A stretch of DNA of 64,000 nucleotides, taken from Macrostomum hystrix. Taxonomy: Eukaryota > Animalia > Platyhelminthes. The stretch covers positions 6,448,001 through 6,512,000 of the forward strand of contig CATNEN010000034.1 in assembly GCA_950097015.1 (NCBI GenBank), in the 5' to 3' direction. Both the position numbers and the translations under genes were made by a program. Below are positions 24,707 to 37,421 of the stretch, piece after piece. Within the stretch, counting starts at the first letter, position 1. Each line of letters opens with the position of its first letter. The notes under the pieces are model-generated. The model made no database searches. It was given only the letters and a program-made list of their open reading frames with translations, and had not been told where the DNA came from.

Positions 24707-25611
24707 TGATCAGAGTTCCCACGTGTCTGTCGCAGCTATTCTGCTTATCGAGTGTATCGAACTGCACTCACGAGTGTGTCCACTAGGGTATCTTAGATTT
24801 TTTCTCTAGAAATACTATCTATATGTCTACTGCACTACTTACGGGAGTAAGTAGAGTGCTTAGCAAGTTGAGCAGAGTTGGGTACGGAGAAAGAGTGCTT
24901 CTCTGCTCTGATGCTTGCGGGCAGGCCGCTGCATTGCATGGAGGTTGCAGCAATCCAGTCGATAAGCCGGGATCAATCGGGCTATCAATGTAGGAGCTGC
25001 AGCAGACTCGAGCTCAAAGAAGAAAAAAGGAAAACTCGGGAAGCAGCAGGAAGTCTAACCGGGGGGGGGTGAACTGTTCACCTCCACGAAATGCGATCCG
25101 GTCAATGTCAACTAGCCTGACAGCAGAGGGGGGAGAATTATCCCCTTCCATGCCCGCCCGCTAGTCGAGCCGCAATTCGCCGGTTGGATTAACGAAGGGA
25201 TAAATCTTTCAGTTTGAGCCGGGTCGATGAGCAGTGCCCTAAATGCCAAAGATATCCAAAATCGAAGCAGAGAGGAATTTGCGGAAAAGCGGGGGAATGA
25301 TTTTCCTTAGATTTTTTCCATTATCCCCTGATGCCTAACTACAACTTGGGCGGTACACAGGCGCTCACAAAGGCTCTTTGTGTTGTCGTTTCATCTTGGG
25401 GGATTTACTTGAAAAAAGCATTTTACATGCCCATGCTACTAAAGCGCATTGTGTTTGCAGGTTATTGAGTGGACCGATGATGGAAATGCGGGTGCATTTT
25501 AAATCCTGTGATTGGGTCATTTAGTCTGATTGCTCTCAGCAAATAATTTCAGTTTGATAAGAGATTCAAATCACCTGTGTAAATACATTCAAGAGCCGTT
25601 TCCTGCCATAT

Positions 25612-26492
25612 TAGCCTGCAATCAGCAGCTAGATTAGCCTGCAATCAGCAGCTAGATTAGTCTGCAATCAGCAGCTAGATTAGCCTGCAATCTAGCAGCT
25701 AGATTAGTCCTGCAATCAGCAGCTAGATTAGCCTGCAATCAGCAGCTAGATTAGTCTGCAATCAGCAGCTAGATTAGCCTGCAATCAGCAGCTAGATTAG
25801 CCTGCAATCAGCAGCTAGATTAGCCTGCAATCAGCAGCTAGATTAGTCTGCAATCAGCAGCTAGATTAGTCCTGCAATCAGCAGCTAGATTAGCCTGCAA
25901 TCAGCAGCTAGATTAGTCTGCAATCAGCAGCTAGATTAGCCTGCAATCAGCAGCTAGATTAGCCTGCAATCAGCAGCTAGATTAGCCTGCAATCAGCAGC
26001 TAGATTAGCCTGCAATCAGCAGCTAGATTAGCCTGCAATCAGCAGCTAGATTAGTCTGCAATCAGCAGCTAGATTAGTCTGCAATCAGCAGCTAGATTAG
26101 TCTGCAATCAGCAGCTAGATTAGCCTGCAATCAGCAGCTAGATTAGTCTGCAATCAGCAGCTAGATTAGTCTGCAATCAGCAGCTAGATTAGCCTGCAAT
26201 CAGCAGCTAGATTAGCCTGCAATCAGCAGCTAGATTAGCCTGCAATCAGCAGCTAGATTAGCCTGCAATCAGCAGCTAGATTAGCCTGCAATCAGCAGCT
26301 AGATTAGCCTGCAATCAGCAGCTAGATTAGCCTGCAATCAGCAGCTAGATTAGTCTGCAATCAGCAGCTAGATTAGTCTGCAATCAGCAGCTAGATTAGT
26401 CTGCAATCAGCAGCTAGATTAGCCTGCAATCAGCAGCTAGATTAGCCTGCAATCAGCAGCTAGATTAGTCTGCAATCAGCAGCTAGATTAGA
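25612..26492. repeat. 23-bp minisatellite AGATTAGCCTGCAATCAGCAGCT, about 38 copies
   Basis: Directly visible. About three copies of a 44-bp unit follow at 26520-26650. Confidence 0.95.
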
Positions 26493-27885
26493 CTGCAAGC
26501 AACAAAATGTTACTGCAAGCAACAGAAACTGTTCTCTGCAGTAGAATTGTCTGTAATCATCAGGTAACAGAAACTGTAATCTGCAGTAGAATTGTCTGTA
26601 ATCATCAGGCAACAGAAACTGTAATCTGCATTAGAATTGTCTGTAATAAGCGTATTAAAAATCAATAAATGAAGACTTAGTGGCGGCACAGTTTTTGCTT
26701 ATATAATTTTTTTATGTCAGATAATCCGATAGGCAGGAGTGTAGGAGCATGACTACGGTTTTGTATTTGTAAGTGAGTGCGGCAAGACAAGACAATAAGG
26801 ACAGATTCTTACACTTTTTTGAAAAATAATTTTAGTAGACTTTCTGCGCACTGTAATCGTCATCTCCAAAAGCGGACATGGTCACGCGGTAAAAAAAACA
26901 ACCGAAAGTACAGAAAAATGGAATTAAAAGTGCACAGCCGGTATTTATCATAGAAAATATTAGTACATTTAAAGTGTGTTCAAAGTGCTGCTTATCTGAT
27001 CTATTTAGACTTTGTAGTCCTATGAATACGGATATTACACAACACACTACGATGAAAAGCTCACTATAACAAGTAAAACAAATATAGGTGCAAATAGTTA
27101 CAAATATATATATAAATATTCGATAACATCTTGTTTGAAGCGGAAAATAACAAGAGCAACACTTCTTGTGAGTTGTGCTACCTTTTCATTTTCATCACAT
27201 TCTAGACTATAGACTGTTACAAAGATCCGAAATGATGATGTAGTTAGCACTGATATTAAACGGGTACATTCCAGGTGTCAGCAACACGTCCAAAAATATA
27301 TTATTTTTATTACTCATTACACCTGCCCAAATTCTCTTGGATGTGCAGCCGATAGCATCGGTGCATCCGAAGGCTGCGTACAGCTGTCTGTCAAATTTAC
27401 ATTCCATTCCACTCACGACAAATTTACACTGCATGCACAACTTCCCAATACAGATCGAAGACAGCCACCTCATGATTCGCGAAGCCTTTCTACTATTTTA
27501 AACAAACCCTTTATTTTCTTACCCCCAGACAGCCACCCACGCCCCTTGCTCCTGGCCTCATAACCATCATTCCAGTCAGACCCCTGACTTTCTTACCCTA
27601 GACAGCCACCCATCCCAGCCAGACCCTTAATTTTCTTACCCTAGACAGCCACCCATCCGAGCCAGACCCTTAATTTTCTTACCCTAGACAGCAACCTCAC
27701 GCCACGCGTCTCTCCAAACCATTATTCCAGACAGAACCCTCATTTTCTTGCTATGAAAAGTCACCAGTCACAGTGAACTTTTAACCGACCGATTATTCCA
27801 AAGATAGAGAGATCTATTTGATTCGTTAATGGCGTCAATAGTTAAACGATAATATCAATTTGAACGCCATCATTGACAAGCTTTT

Positions 27886-30800
27886 TCAATGCACGCCATG
27901 CTCAAGCTCCATGACATCGGGTGACTTCACCGGCTCGACGCTATTCCGTCCGAGTCCGGCCACGCTTCCGCGGCCGTGTCCGTGGCCGGTCATGGGCCGC
28001 GGTAGGCCGCCTGTGGCTGGCCGAATTGAGGAGTTCGAAGCGCGCAGGTTGGCGGTGGACGGGCCCATCATCATCATGAGCGTGTTCATCTGCTTGGCGT
28101 CTGCATTCTGCAAGGTTTTTAGAGTATTAGCTAGGTTGGTGCTTCGTTCTATAGTCTATAGATAAATACATCGAAATTAAACCTAACCCAGTAGGACCAG
28201 ATGTACAGTCAGTGGTCCAGCCATCGATATTTTGCTACTAATGCTAAGTGGAAATTCCAAATCTCTTGGCTCCCTAATGCTATAGGACGAAGTGAAAAGC
28301 ATTTTCATAAGAATTTAGGCGTCAGGAATGATTCCAATGAAATCAGGCACTCACATTCTTAGCCCACTCGACTCCGTAGACCTTGGCCACTATCTTCTCG
28401 GCCACAAACATGATCAGGGCGATTCCCACGCCGATGCAGAAAAATATAAACGCGCCGCCAAGTGTATCCAAGCTCAGGCCTGCAAGCAAAGGTACAAAAG
28501 CAAATTAAATCAGGTGCATTGAGAAAAAACCAAAAGCACGAAGATAATATTTACCTGAGGAGGCTGAAGAAGTGCTCGGGCAGCTAACCTTGTCTCTGGA
28601 CCACCAGTATTGCTTTAACGTTTCCGTGACGCGATTCTCATTCAACGATAAAATCCTGTCGTTAAATTATCAAGACGGAAAGCAGGGCACTTATAAAATT
28701 TGAAGAGGATCCTCTCGCTCAATCCTCCGCACCCACCTCCCTCCTCCACACCAACCTCCCTCCTCCACATCAACCTCTCTCCTCCACACCCACCTCACTC
28801 CCCCAAACCAACCTCACTTCTTCACAAGAATCTTAATCATTTACACCCACACAACTTCTCTACACCCACCTCACTCCTCAACACCCACCTCACTCCTCCA
28901 CACCAGCCTCCCTCTTTCAAACCCACCTCGCTTCTTCACTCTTACTCCTCTTACTCCTTAAACCACACCCAGTTTATACAACTCGCCCACCACACTCCTA
29001 TACACCCACTTCAATCCTTGACACCAACCTCCCTCCTCCACACCAACCTCTCTCCTCCACATCAACCTCTCTCCTCCACACCCACCTCACTCCCCCAAAC
29101 CAACCTCACTTCTTCACAAGAATCTTAATCATTTACACCCACACAACTTCTCTACACCCACCTCACTCCTCAACACCCACCTCACTCCTCAACACCCACC
29201 TCACTCCTCCACACCAGCCTCCCTCTTTCAAACCCACCTCGCTTCTTCACTCTTACTCCTCTTACTCCTTAAACCACACCCAGTTTATACAACTCGCCCA
29301 CCACACTCCTATACACCCACTTCAATCCTTGACACCAACCTCCCTCCTCCACACCAACCTCTCTCCTCCACATCAACCTCTCTCCTCCACACCCACCTCA
29401 CTCCCCCAAACCAACCTCACTTCTTCACAAGAATCTTAATCATTTACACCCACACAACTTCTCTACACCCACCTCACTCCTCAACACCCACCTCACTCCT
29501 CAACACCCACCTCACTCCTCCACACCAGCTTCCCTCTTTCAAACCCACCTCGCTTCTTCACTCTTACTCCTCTTTTTCCTTAAACCACACCCAGTTTATA
29601 CAACTCGCCCACCACACTCCTATACACCCACTTCAATCCTTGACACCAACCTCGCTCCTCCAAACCGCCTTACTCCATTACAAGCATCTTCAGATCCACA
29701 GTATTGCTCTAGCGCATTAAAATATTTATTTTACCAATGTATTTAATAAAATAGGCATAAATTTGTACTTCGGAGCCTCCCAAGAAAGTAGCCTTAATTA
29801 AGTCAGACAACGGCTAAATTGAAATCCGAACCCGAACAAAATTATTAGCAATACAGGTAAACAATTGATCCTAAGGCTCAATGGATGTGCAATGAAGACA
29901 ACCGATTCGGGAAACCCAGCACGAGAGCAAGCTGTGGGTTGACGGGGCGAAAATTCAGGTTGAAATCCAATATAACAAGCTAATTGTCACAGTCGGACTA
30001 ACAAAAAACATTAGAGAAAAAACAGTCCAATAATATTGCTGCACAAATCAGGCATCAAATTTCCAATTAGCACAGTTTTGAGCAAAAAAGTATTATCGCT
30101 AACTGACATTGGGAAATTTAAGCTATGACTCAAACTCGAGCCTCTCTCCAGCCTGACTCAAACACAAGACTCACTCCAGCATGACTCAAACTCAAGCCTC
30201 ACTCCAGCATGACTCAAACTCAAGCCTCACTCCAGCATGACTCAAACTCAAGCCTCACTCCAGCATGACTCAAACTCAAGCCTCACTCCAGCCTGACTCA
30301 AACACAAGCCTCACTCCAGCATGACTCAAACTCAAGCCTCACTCCAGCATGACTCAAACACAAGCCTCACTCCAGCATGACTCAAACTCAAGCCTCACTC
30401 CAGCATGACTCAAACTTGAAGACTCACTCCAGCATGACTCAAACTCAAGCCTCACTCCAGCCTGACACAAACTCAAGCCTCACTCCAGCATGACTCAAAC
30501 TCAAGACTCACTCCAGCCTGACTCAAACTCAAGCCTCACTCCAGCATGACTCAAACTCACGCTACGTTCATCTGCTTGAGCAGGGGTGACTTGTTGCGCA
30601 GGGCGATGCCGTAGGGCCGGGGAGCGAACGGGTCGCCGACGGTCATGAAGTCGCAGGTCTTCGCCGTGTAGTACTTCACCAGCGAGCTCTCCAGGAAGAT
30701 GGCAATTTTCTCGGCACGAACCCGGGCCAAAGCAGCCTCTGTGCTGGTTGGGAAGCCCCACTTCGTCATGCGGTTCCACACTGTGGTGTATCGCTCAATC

Positions 30801-33800
30801 ACCGGGTACTTCCAGGTCACTAGGGAGGCCAGCTGGTTCACTGTCTCCTCAGTTCCGATGCCGCTAGTGAGCCAATAGTTGTACAGGTTGGCCTCTGCGT
30901 CCTTCATTCGCATAAAGTGCTCATAGGAGGCCGTGTCCTTGATCACGGTGTACTTCATAGCCACCTGGGTGGTCAACTCGTCGAAGCTCTGCGGCGGCTG
31001 CGACAGTTTGTCAACTGTCAGCTGGGCTGCCAGATTGGCCGTGTACAGCGACATCATGAGATAGCCGAACAGCCAGAAGCCGACGATAATAGTTCGGCAG
31101 GACATCGAGCGCGGGTCGAAGCTCTCGCCAGCCTGCGTGTAGGCGCCCAGCACGTACCAGAGCGACTCCTTGATTGTGAACACTTTGCCCTCGGCCTCGC
31201 CTTCGCGAATCTGATCGTTGCGGTAGCGGTTCTGGAAGGAGAACGGGCTCACCCTGCGGCGGAGTGGGGGGCGCTGTTAGGCTTTGGCATTGATGATAAT
31301 AGCAGAGAAACACGATGACAGAGTGACAGGGTGACAGTGTGACAGGGTGAAAGAGTGACAAGATGACAGTGTGACACGATGACAGAGTGACAGGGTGACA
31401 GTGTGACAAGATGACAGAGTGACAGGGTGACAGAGTGACAGGATGAAAGAGTGACAAGGTGACAGAGTGACAGGATGACAGTGTGACACGATTACAGGGT
31501 GACAAGATGACAGTGTGACACGATGACAGAGTGACAGGGTGACAGAGTGAACATGCTGAGTGAAGAAGGCCAAAATTAGCGAGCAGCGAGCTGATGAAGT
31601 CACGAGTGACTCATCGAAATAATCTCATCCCTGAAGTTGAGATCATTAAGTAGCAAATCAGAACACAACTCACTTGTCCACGAAGAAGATGAGGAAGCCG
31701 GTAAAGGTGATGATGGCGATGATGCTGACCCACACATCCCAGGTGAATGCCTTCAGGAAGAATGTTTGGTCACCCTTGGAGCTGGTTGGCTGGAGCAGCA
31801 GAATCTGCAGGGACACGTAGTCGTAGATTGGAACGGTAAAATCGGCGATCTGCTCGCGCTGCGCAGTCACCGTGATTGGCCCGATGGCCATGTCCGCAGC
31901 CTGCAGGAGTGAGGATTAGGCAAGTCGTGAGCAAGCGTTTGAGTCAAGTTGAAGTGGCTTGAAGCCACTGAATTTTAGCCTGACAGGGCTGAGGTCAGGA
32001 GTTCGAATCTCAGCCAAAAGGAATTGAGTAGAAATTCGCGTCCCCAGTCCACAGACTGAACAGCTTTGTACACCGCATTTGGAAGCGCCTTCCAAAGTTG
32101 CCGAAAAAGATTGGTGAACATGCGCCGACTCCTTGACTCACCCCACTAACCAATGCGCCCATCATGCCATTCCAGGTGCCATCAGGCTGCAGAGCGCCGT
32201 AGATGCCATCAGTCTGCTCAACCAGAGTGTAGTTGAAGTTCATGTTGGTTGCCAGGTTCTTCAGCATGTCCACGCTGTAGCCTTCGAAGGTGCCGTCAGC
32301 TTTTTTTATTACAAACGGCGGGTCCTGAAGTGAATAGTGACACAGATTGGGAAAACCAATAAAGATGACAGTATCTCACGACAGTGCAACATGACAGTAC
32401 CACACGACAGTACCTCACGTCAGTACCACACGTCAGTAACACACGACAGTACCTCACGACAGTACCTCACGACAGTACCTCACGACAGTACCTCACGACA
32501 GTACCTCACGACAGTACCTCACGACAGTACCCCACGACAGTACCTCACGACAGTACCTCACGACAGTGCAACATGACAGTACCTCACGACAGTACCTCAC
32601 GACAGTACCTCACGACAGTGCAACATGACTGCACCACACGACAGTACCTTACGACAGTACCTCACGACAGTACCTCACGACAGTACCTCACGACAGTACC
32701 TCACGACAGTACCACACGTCAGTACCACACGTCAGTAACACACGACAGTACCTCACGACAGTACCTCACGACAGTACCTCACGTCAGTAACACACGACAG
32801 TACCTCACGACAGTACCTCACGACAGTACCCCACGACAGTACCTCACGACAGTACCACACGACAGTACCTCACGACAGTACCTCACGACAGTGCACCATG
32901 ACAGTACCTCACGACAGTACCTCACGACAGTACCTCACGACAGTGCAACATGACTGCACCACACGACAGTACCTTACGACAGTACCTCACGACAGTACCT
33001 CACGACAGTACCTCACGACAGTACCTCACGACAGTACCTCACGACAGTACCACACGTCAGTACCACACGTCAGTAACACACGACAGTACCTCACGACAGT
33101 ACCTCACGACAGTACCTCACGTCAGTAACACACGACAGTACCTCACGACAGTACCTCACGACAGTACCCCACGACAGTACCTCACGACAGTACCACACGT
33201 CAGTACCACACGTCAGTAACACACGACAGTACCTCACGACAGTACCTCACGACAGTACCTCACGACAGTACCTCACGACAGTACCTCACGACAGTACCTC
33301 ACGACAGTACCACACGTCAGTAACACACGACAGTACCTCACAACAGTACCTCACGACAGTACCACACGTCAGTAACACACGAAAGTAACACAAAAATAAC
33401 AGCCGATGCTATCATCTGCGTAACTTCTAGTGGAGACTAACTACATGACAAAGGCTACCAATTACCTTTTGTTTAAGCCCTGAAATGACTAGTTATAGTT
33501 CAACACTCACGTGAGTCAGTCTGACAATCAGGTTCCTAATGGTCAGGTAGTTCAATGCGATAGTTGACACTGAGCCAGACAATCCCGACGCTTTGGTCCA
33601 GGTGCCAATCTGTTGATAAATTAATTAGTAAATAATGTACAGTGAGGTGTGAAGTGAGGTGTGTTCCCGAAGTGTTTAGTTAAACCTACTTACATTGTTG
33701 ACAGCGGGCCCCGGATAAATGACTTGCGTAATTTTGAAAGTGGTGTCCGTGTTTCTCAGGCTGCCGCCGAAAGCCACATTGCCCATCACGCTGGAGAAGC

Positions 33801-36283
33801 TGGGAAGCTGCGGATGCAGGGTTTGAAAATTCTTCGGGATAGGAAAATTCATATGTGCAGACAACAAAGACCTACCTGCATATAACTGTACCTACCTGTA
33901 GCTAGACCTGTACCTACCTGTAGCTAGACCTGTACCTACCTGTAGCTAGACCTGTACCTTAGCTAGACCTGTACCTACTTGTAGCTAGACCTGTACCGAC
34001 CTGCAGCTAGACCAGTCGTACAACATTTTGGTGACAGTAGACCTGCAGCCAGCGAGGAGGCAATTCTGCCCATTCCGCTCCTGAGCACACACACAGGCGT
34101 GTACATCTGACTTTCTCATCGTCCTCAAGCGCGGCCCTCAAGGGCGCATATTAAACGAGGAGCCCCCATTTGCGACCCAAATGAATGTGGCCTCGCCAAG
34201 GAATCGAGCTCATGGAACATTGGTGCGAGAGGCGAAAGTCCGCTCTGCCACTCACCCCCAGGTGTACCTACCTACACATAACCGTACCTAACTGACGTAC
34301 CAGTAGCTAGACCTGTATCTGTCTCTAAAGACACCTATAGATATCTGGCTGGGCTAACTCACCGCCATCAGCTTGGCAGTGTAGTCATTGTAGCGCATTG
34401 GTGTAGACGCATTGTAGGCCCCGCTGCACACCAACCAGTTCGTGGCGTTGCCAAACGTCCCAGCGTTAGTCTGGGCTCGAATCACCCGGCCCATGGTCTC
34501 AGCCGCCTGATAGGCAAACAGCACGTCGACTTTGCGACTTTCAACAACGGCAGCCCCAGTAGCCGACTGCACAGCTGCCAGCACGGCTGCTGATCTGGCA
34601 GCGTCGGCGGCTGTCTGGCGAAAGAAGAACACACTGGAGCCGGACGTGCAGCCGGAGCAGGAGAAGTCCAGGAGGTCCTTTGTCACCACGAACCAGTGAT
34701 AGATGCCGCCCATCAAGGACTTGACGCCAGCCTGCTGTACAACCAGGGCGGCGTTTGGCACAGAAGAGGCGACAACAAAGTCCGCTATGCGCAATGTCTT
34801 AGCCTCGTCTAGCAGGGTGGCAACTTCAACAGCGGTGGCCGGAATCTTGCGCAGGTAGATTGGCGGATACCAGCTGTAGTCCTCGTAGGGCAGAATCGAG
34901 CCTGCGTCTGCGGGACCGCGGTTAGAATGGGGCGTGGGGAGATTAGTGTGAGGTATGGGGAGATTAGTGTAGGGTATGGGGAGATAAGTGTGGGGTATGG
35001 GGAGATTAGTGTAGGGTATGGGGAGATAAGTGTGGGGCGTGGGGAGATTAGTGTGAGGTATGGGGAGATTAGTGTGAGGTATGGGGAGATTAGTGTAGGG
35101 TATGGGGAGATAAGTGTGGGGTATAGGGAGATTATTTACATAAATAGTGATTTGAAGGCAAACAGCCAGACTGACCAAACGAGGTGTCATAGAGTACCAT
35201 GATGCCATCGCGGGTGGCATTGTCCCTCAGCAGCAGGGCGGCCACGGCTCGCATGTAGTTCCTTGGCGACGGGTGCACATTGGGCACGTCCGCTGTGAGC
35301 TCCATTGAAGCGCGGATGATCGGCGCGTCCAGATTTCTTGCCAGATCTTCAACGCAAGACGGCCGGGTAGTGAAGTCCAGGATACCGTCAATCCACAGCA
35401 GGTGCTCGTTGCCTGGCTTGCAGACTGAGGGCGGATGGAGGCAGATTAAGGAGAGGATTAAGGAAAAGAGAAGACTGGATTGAGGAGTGGAAAAGTGGCG
35501 GATTAAGAAGAGGATAAGGGGGGCGCATTGAGGAGTGGATAAAGGGGCTGAATAAGAAGAGGATGAAGGAGTGGATTAAGGGGCGGACTAAGAAGAGGAT
35601 AAAGGAGTGGATTAAGGAGAGGATAAAGGAGTGGATAAAGGGGGTGGATTAAGGTCTGGGTAAAGGGGTGGAGTCAAGGGTTGGAGTGGTGGAGTAGAGT
35701 TTTACACTAGTATCGGGGCTTCCAATATCAGATCAGAACAGAGTTCACCTGTCTGGAAGAGAGACTCGGAGCCGGACTGCACAGCCGTCACGTTGATTGT
35801 CTTGCCGGCTGGCAGGATGGCGCTAGGAGTACCGGCGTTCAGATCAGCCACAGCCTTCTGAGCCGCGGCCAGTAGGTCCCGATTCTGGGCATCGTAGACG
35901 GCCACTTTAACGAAACATTGGCAAGGATTTGGGAGTGATTTTTATGCGTGAAAACATCTTTCAAAACACTTAAAAGCATGATTGGGTCCACAAAGGGGCA
36001 TTTATCGCTAGTCCATATTAGCTAAACTCTGTACTATATAATATATATTAAGCATCGTAGGCGGTCATTTTAAAACATTTTACCAACGAAACATATGTAA
36101 GGATTTAGGGAAGATTTAGTACTCAAAGCATGATAGGGGGCACTAGGGGGGCATTAATTGCTAGTCCATATATACTAAATTCAACTCACAGAAGTAATAA
36201 GTGTTGCCCATCATAGCAGCAGCTGGCTTAGTGGCTACCAGAAGCAGCAGGACTGTAGCGAGCAGGGTCCAGTGAGCCGCCAT
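27886..36283 (-). CDS. Ionotropic receptor of the IR25a/IR8a type with amino-terminal domain, 943 aa
   Basis: Exons (minus): 36283-36190, 35904-35749, 35424-35176, 34907-34363, 33831-33694, 33609-33511, 32324-32142, 31900-31674, 31253-30561, 28655-28555, 28479-28355, 28107-27886. Total 2832 nt, all GT-AG and in phase. Signal peptide MAAHWTLLATVLLLLVAT; S1 DMAIGPITVTAQREQIADFTVPIYD; SPFSFQNR; KESLWYVLGAYTQAG; LYTANLAAQLTV; S2 insertion FMRM...WKYPVIERYTTVWNRM; VGDPFAPRPYGIA; ILSLNENRVTETLKQYWW; M4 LGGAFIFFCIG. Confidence 0.92.
28735..29660. repeat. About 311-bp tandem triplication of C-rich intronic sequence
   Basis: Marker TCAATCCTTG recurs at 29011, 29322 and 29633. The first unit lacks one internal 18-bp subrepeat. 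Confidence 0.9.
30125..30560. repeat. 28-bp minisatellite ACTCAAACTCAAGCCTCACTCCAGCATG, about 15 copies, starting at intron position +1
   Basis: The receptor intron begins GTGAGTTTGAGTCATGCTGGA, which is already part of the unit. Confidence 0.92.
31310..31550. repeat. Degenerate 10-bp GTGACAGAGT array
   Basis: Receptor intron 31673-31254. Explains the CHPVTLS ORFs. Confidence 0.85.
32365..33380. repeat. 13-bp minisatellite GACAGTACCTCAC, about 75 copies
   Basis: Receptor intron 33510-32325. Explains the (VPHDSTSRQYLTT)n ORFs. Confidence 0.95.
33885..34015. repeat. 22-bp array TACCTACCTGTAGCTAGACCTG, about 5 copies
   Basis: The sense strand reads CAG|GTCTAGCTACAG|GTAGGTA. Confidence 0.8.
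34030..34259 (-). mobile_element. SINE family A, degenerate internally deleted copy
   Basis: The reverse complement gives GGGGGTGAGTGGCAGAGCGG...CTCGATTCC...GACGATGAGAAAGTCAGATGTACAC...AATTGCCTCCTCGCTGGCTGC. Confidence 0.75.
34925..35130. repeat. 21-bp array GGGGAGATTAGTGTGAGGTAT, about 10 copies, next to a 3' splice site
   Basis: Receptor intron 35175-34908. Accounts for the (LPIPHTN)n part of ORF 34354..35220. Confidence 0.9.
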
Positions 36284-36450
36284 CTGTTTGTTAGATCCAC
36301 AAGATTGGGTAGGTGATCGGGGATCGGCTTTGCACAACTAGGAACTCGTCGCCAATTTATATTGATTTCCATCGACAAGAGACACTTCAAGAAATCCTTC
36401 TTTATTCACTCCGCGCCGCAAACGGTCGGTTTGGGTTGGTTGGCCCCCCA

Positions 36451-36475
36451 GTTGCCCTTGGCAACGCCAACCAAT
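36451..36475. promoter_or_regulatory. RFX X-box GTTGCC-CTT-GGCAAC with adjacent CCAAT, upstream of the receptor gene
   Basis: Palindromic X-box at 36451-36465 fits GTNRCC(N0-3)RGYAAC. It lies 168 bp upstream of the ATG at 36283. CCAAT at 36471-36475. Confidence 0.5.
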
Positions 36476-37421
36476 CGGAGCCGACTGGGGAAGAAAACAA
36501 TCCGAAGAATCCCCCAAATGGGGAAATGCATGAATACTGAGGGATCTGGGATTTAGGAATGGGGCGTCATCCAGCCAATCCTGGCCAGAGGCAGGCCGGA
36601 TGTCAGCGGACCTGAGGGTGGATGAGAGAAGACTTCACCTTGGGAGGTGGATGGAGAAAATCAGTCAGTGCATCAGCGGTCTCGGATTACTCTCTCTCTC
36701 TCTCTCTGGGGGCCGTCGTGCTACACGGCATAATGTTGAGCATCGCTCTGCGGAGACGATCATCACCCGCCTCAGGTATTATTGATCCGACTGCGCCCAC
36801 CCCCGAATTCTTGTTTCCTTCGCAAACTTATACACTCCTGGAGGAGGCTCAGGTCGAGTTACTCTCCGCTTTTTTGCCCGCATCAAATTTGCCTCCCCGC
36901 TTGGGCGCGTGTGTTTGCAATCTTTGCTTATGGATTTTTTGTATTCCGAGATGTCTAAGGGGTGGGTGGGGAAGGAGGGAGAAATAGGAGACGGGACTAA
37001 CTGGACTCGTTGGGAATCGATGGCTTGCACTATATTATCCCATTCGAAGACCTAATCCCTAAGGCACTTGGGGGCCACACTAGACGAAAGAAGGAAGCTT
37101 TTTATCATGGGAGAACAGCCTGGCCTTGAATGGGCTCTAGCTTCGTCTTCCCGACCGTTTCCCCGCAGACGGAAGCATTATTTATTCACCACGGCCGCTG
37201 CGGTTCAGAGCAGAAAGTGAACTACCTACTCAATGCTGTGCTCAAATTGCTCCGAGTAGTCCGTAGCTCGGAGGCCAAGAAAACATTAATTCCTAGCTAA
37301 TAGAGCACCTGCTACTAGACTACCTCACTCAGTCACTGGGGCATAACAAATAGCGTGTGACTGAAAGCGAGTTCTACTTTGCTGTATGAGTGTTTAAAGA
37401 GTAAAAACTGATTGCCTTTTA

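Noticed and set aside
30557-31252. Calling the receptor an AMPA/kainate GluR
   Set aside because: The S2 insertion (W.YPV..YT..W), DFTVP.YD and SPFSFQN match IR25a-type receptors better, and the QQG pore and GST motifs are absent.
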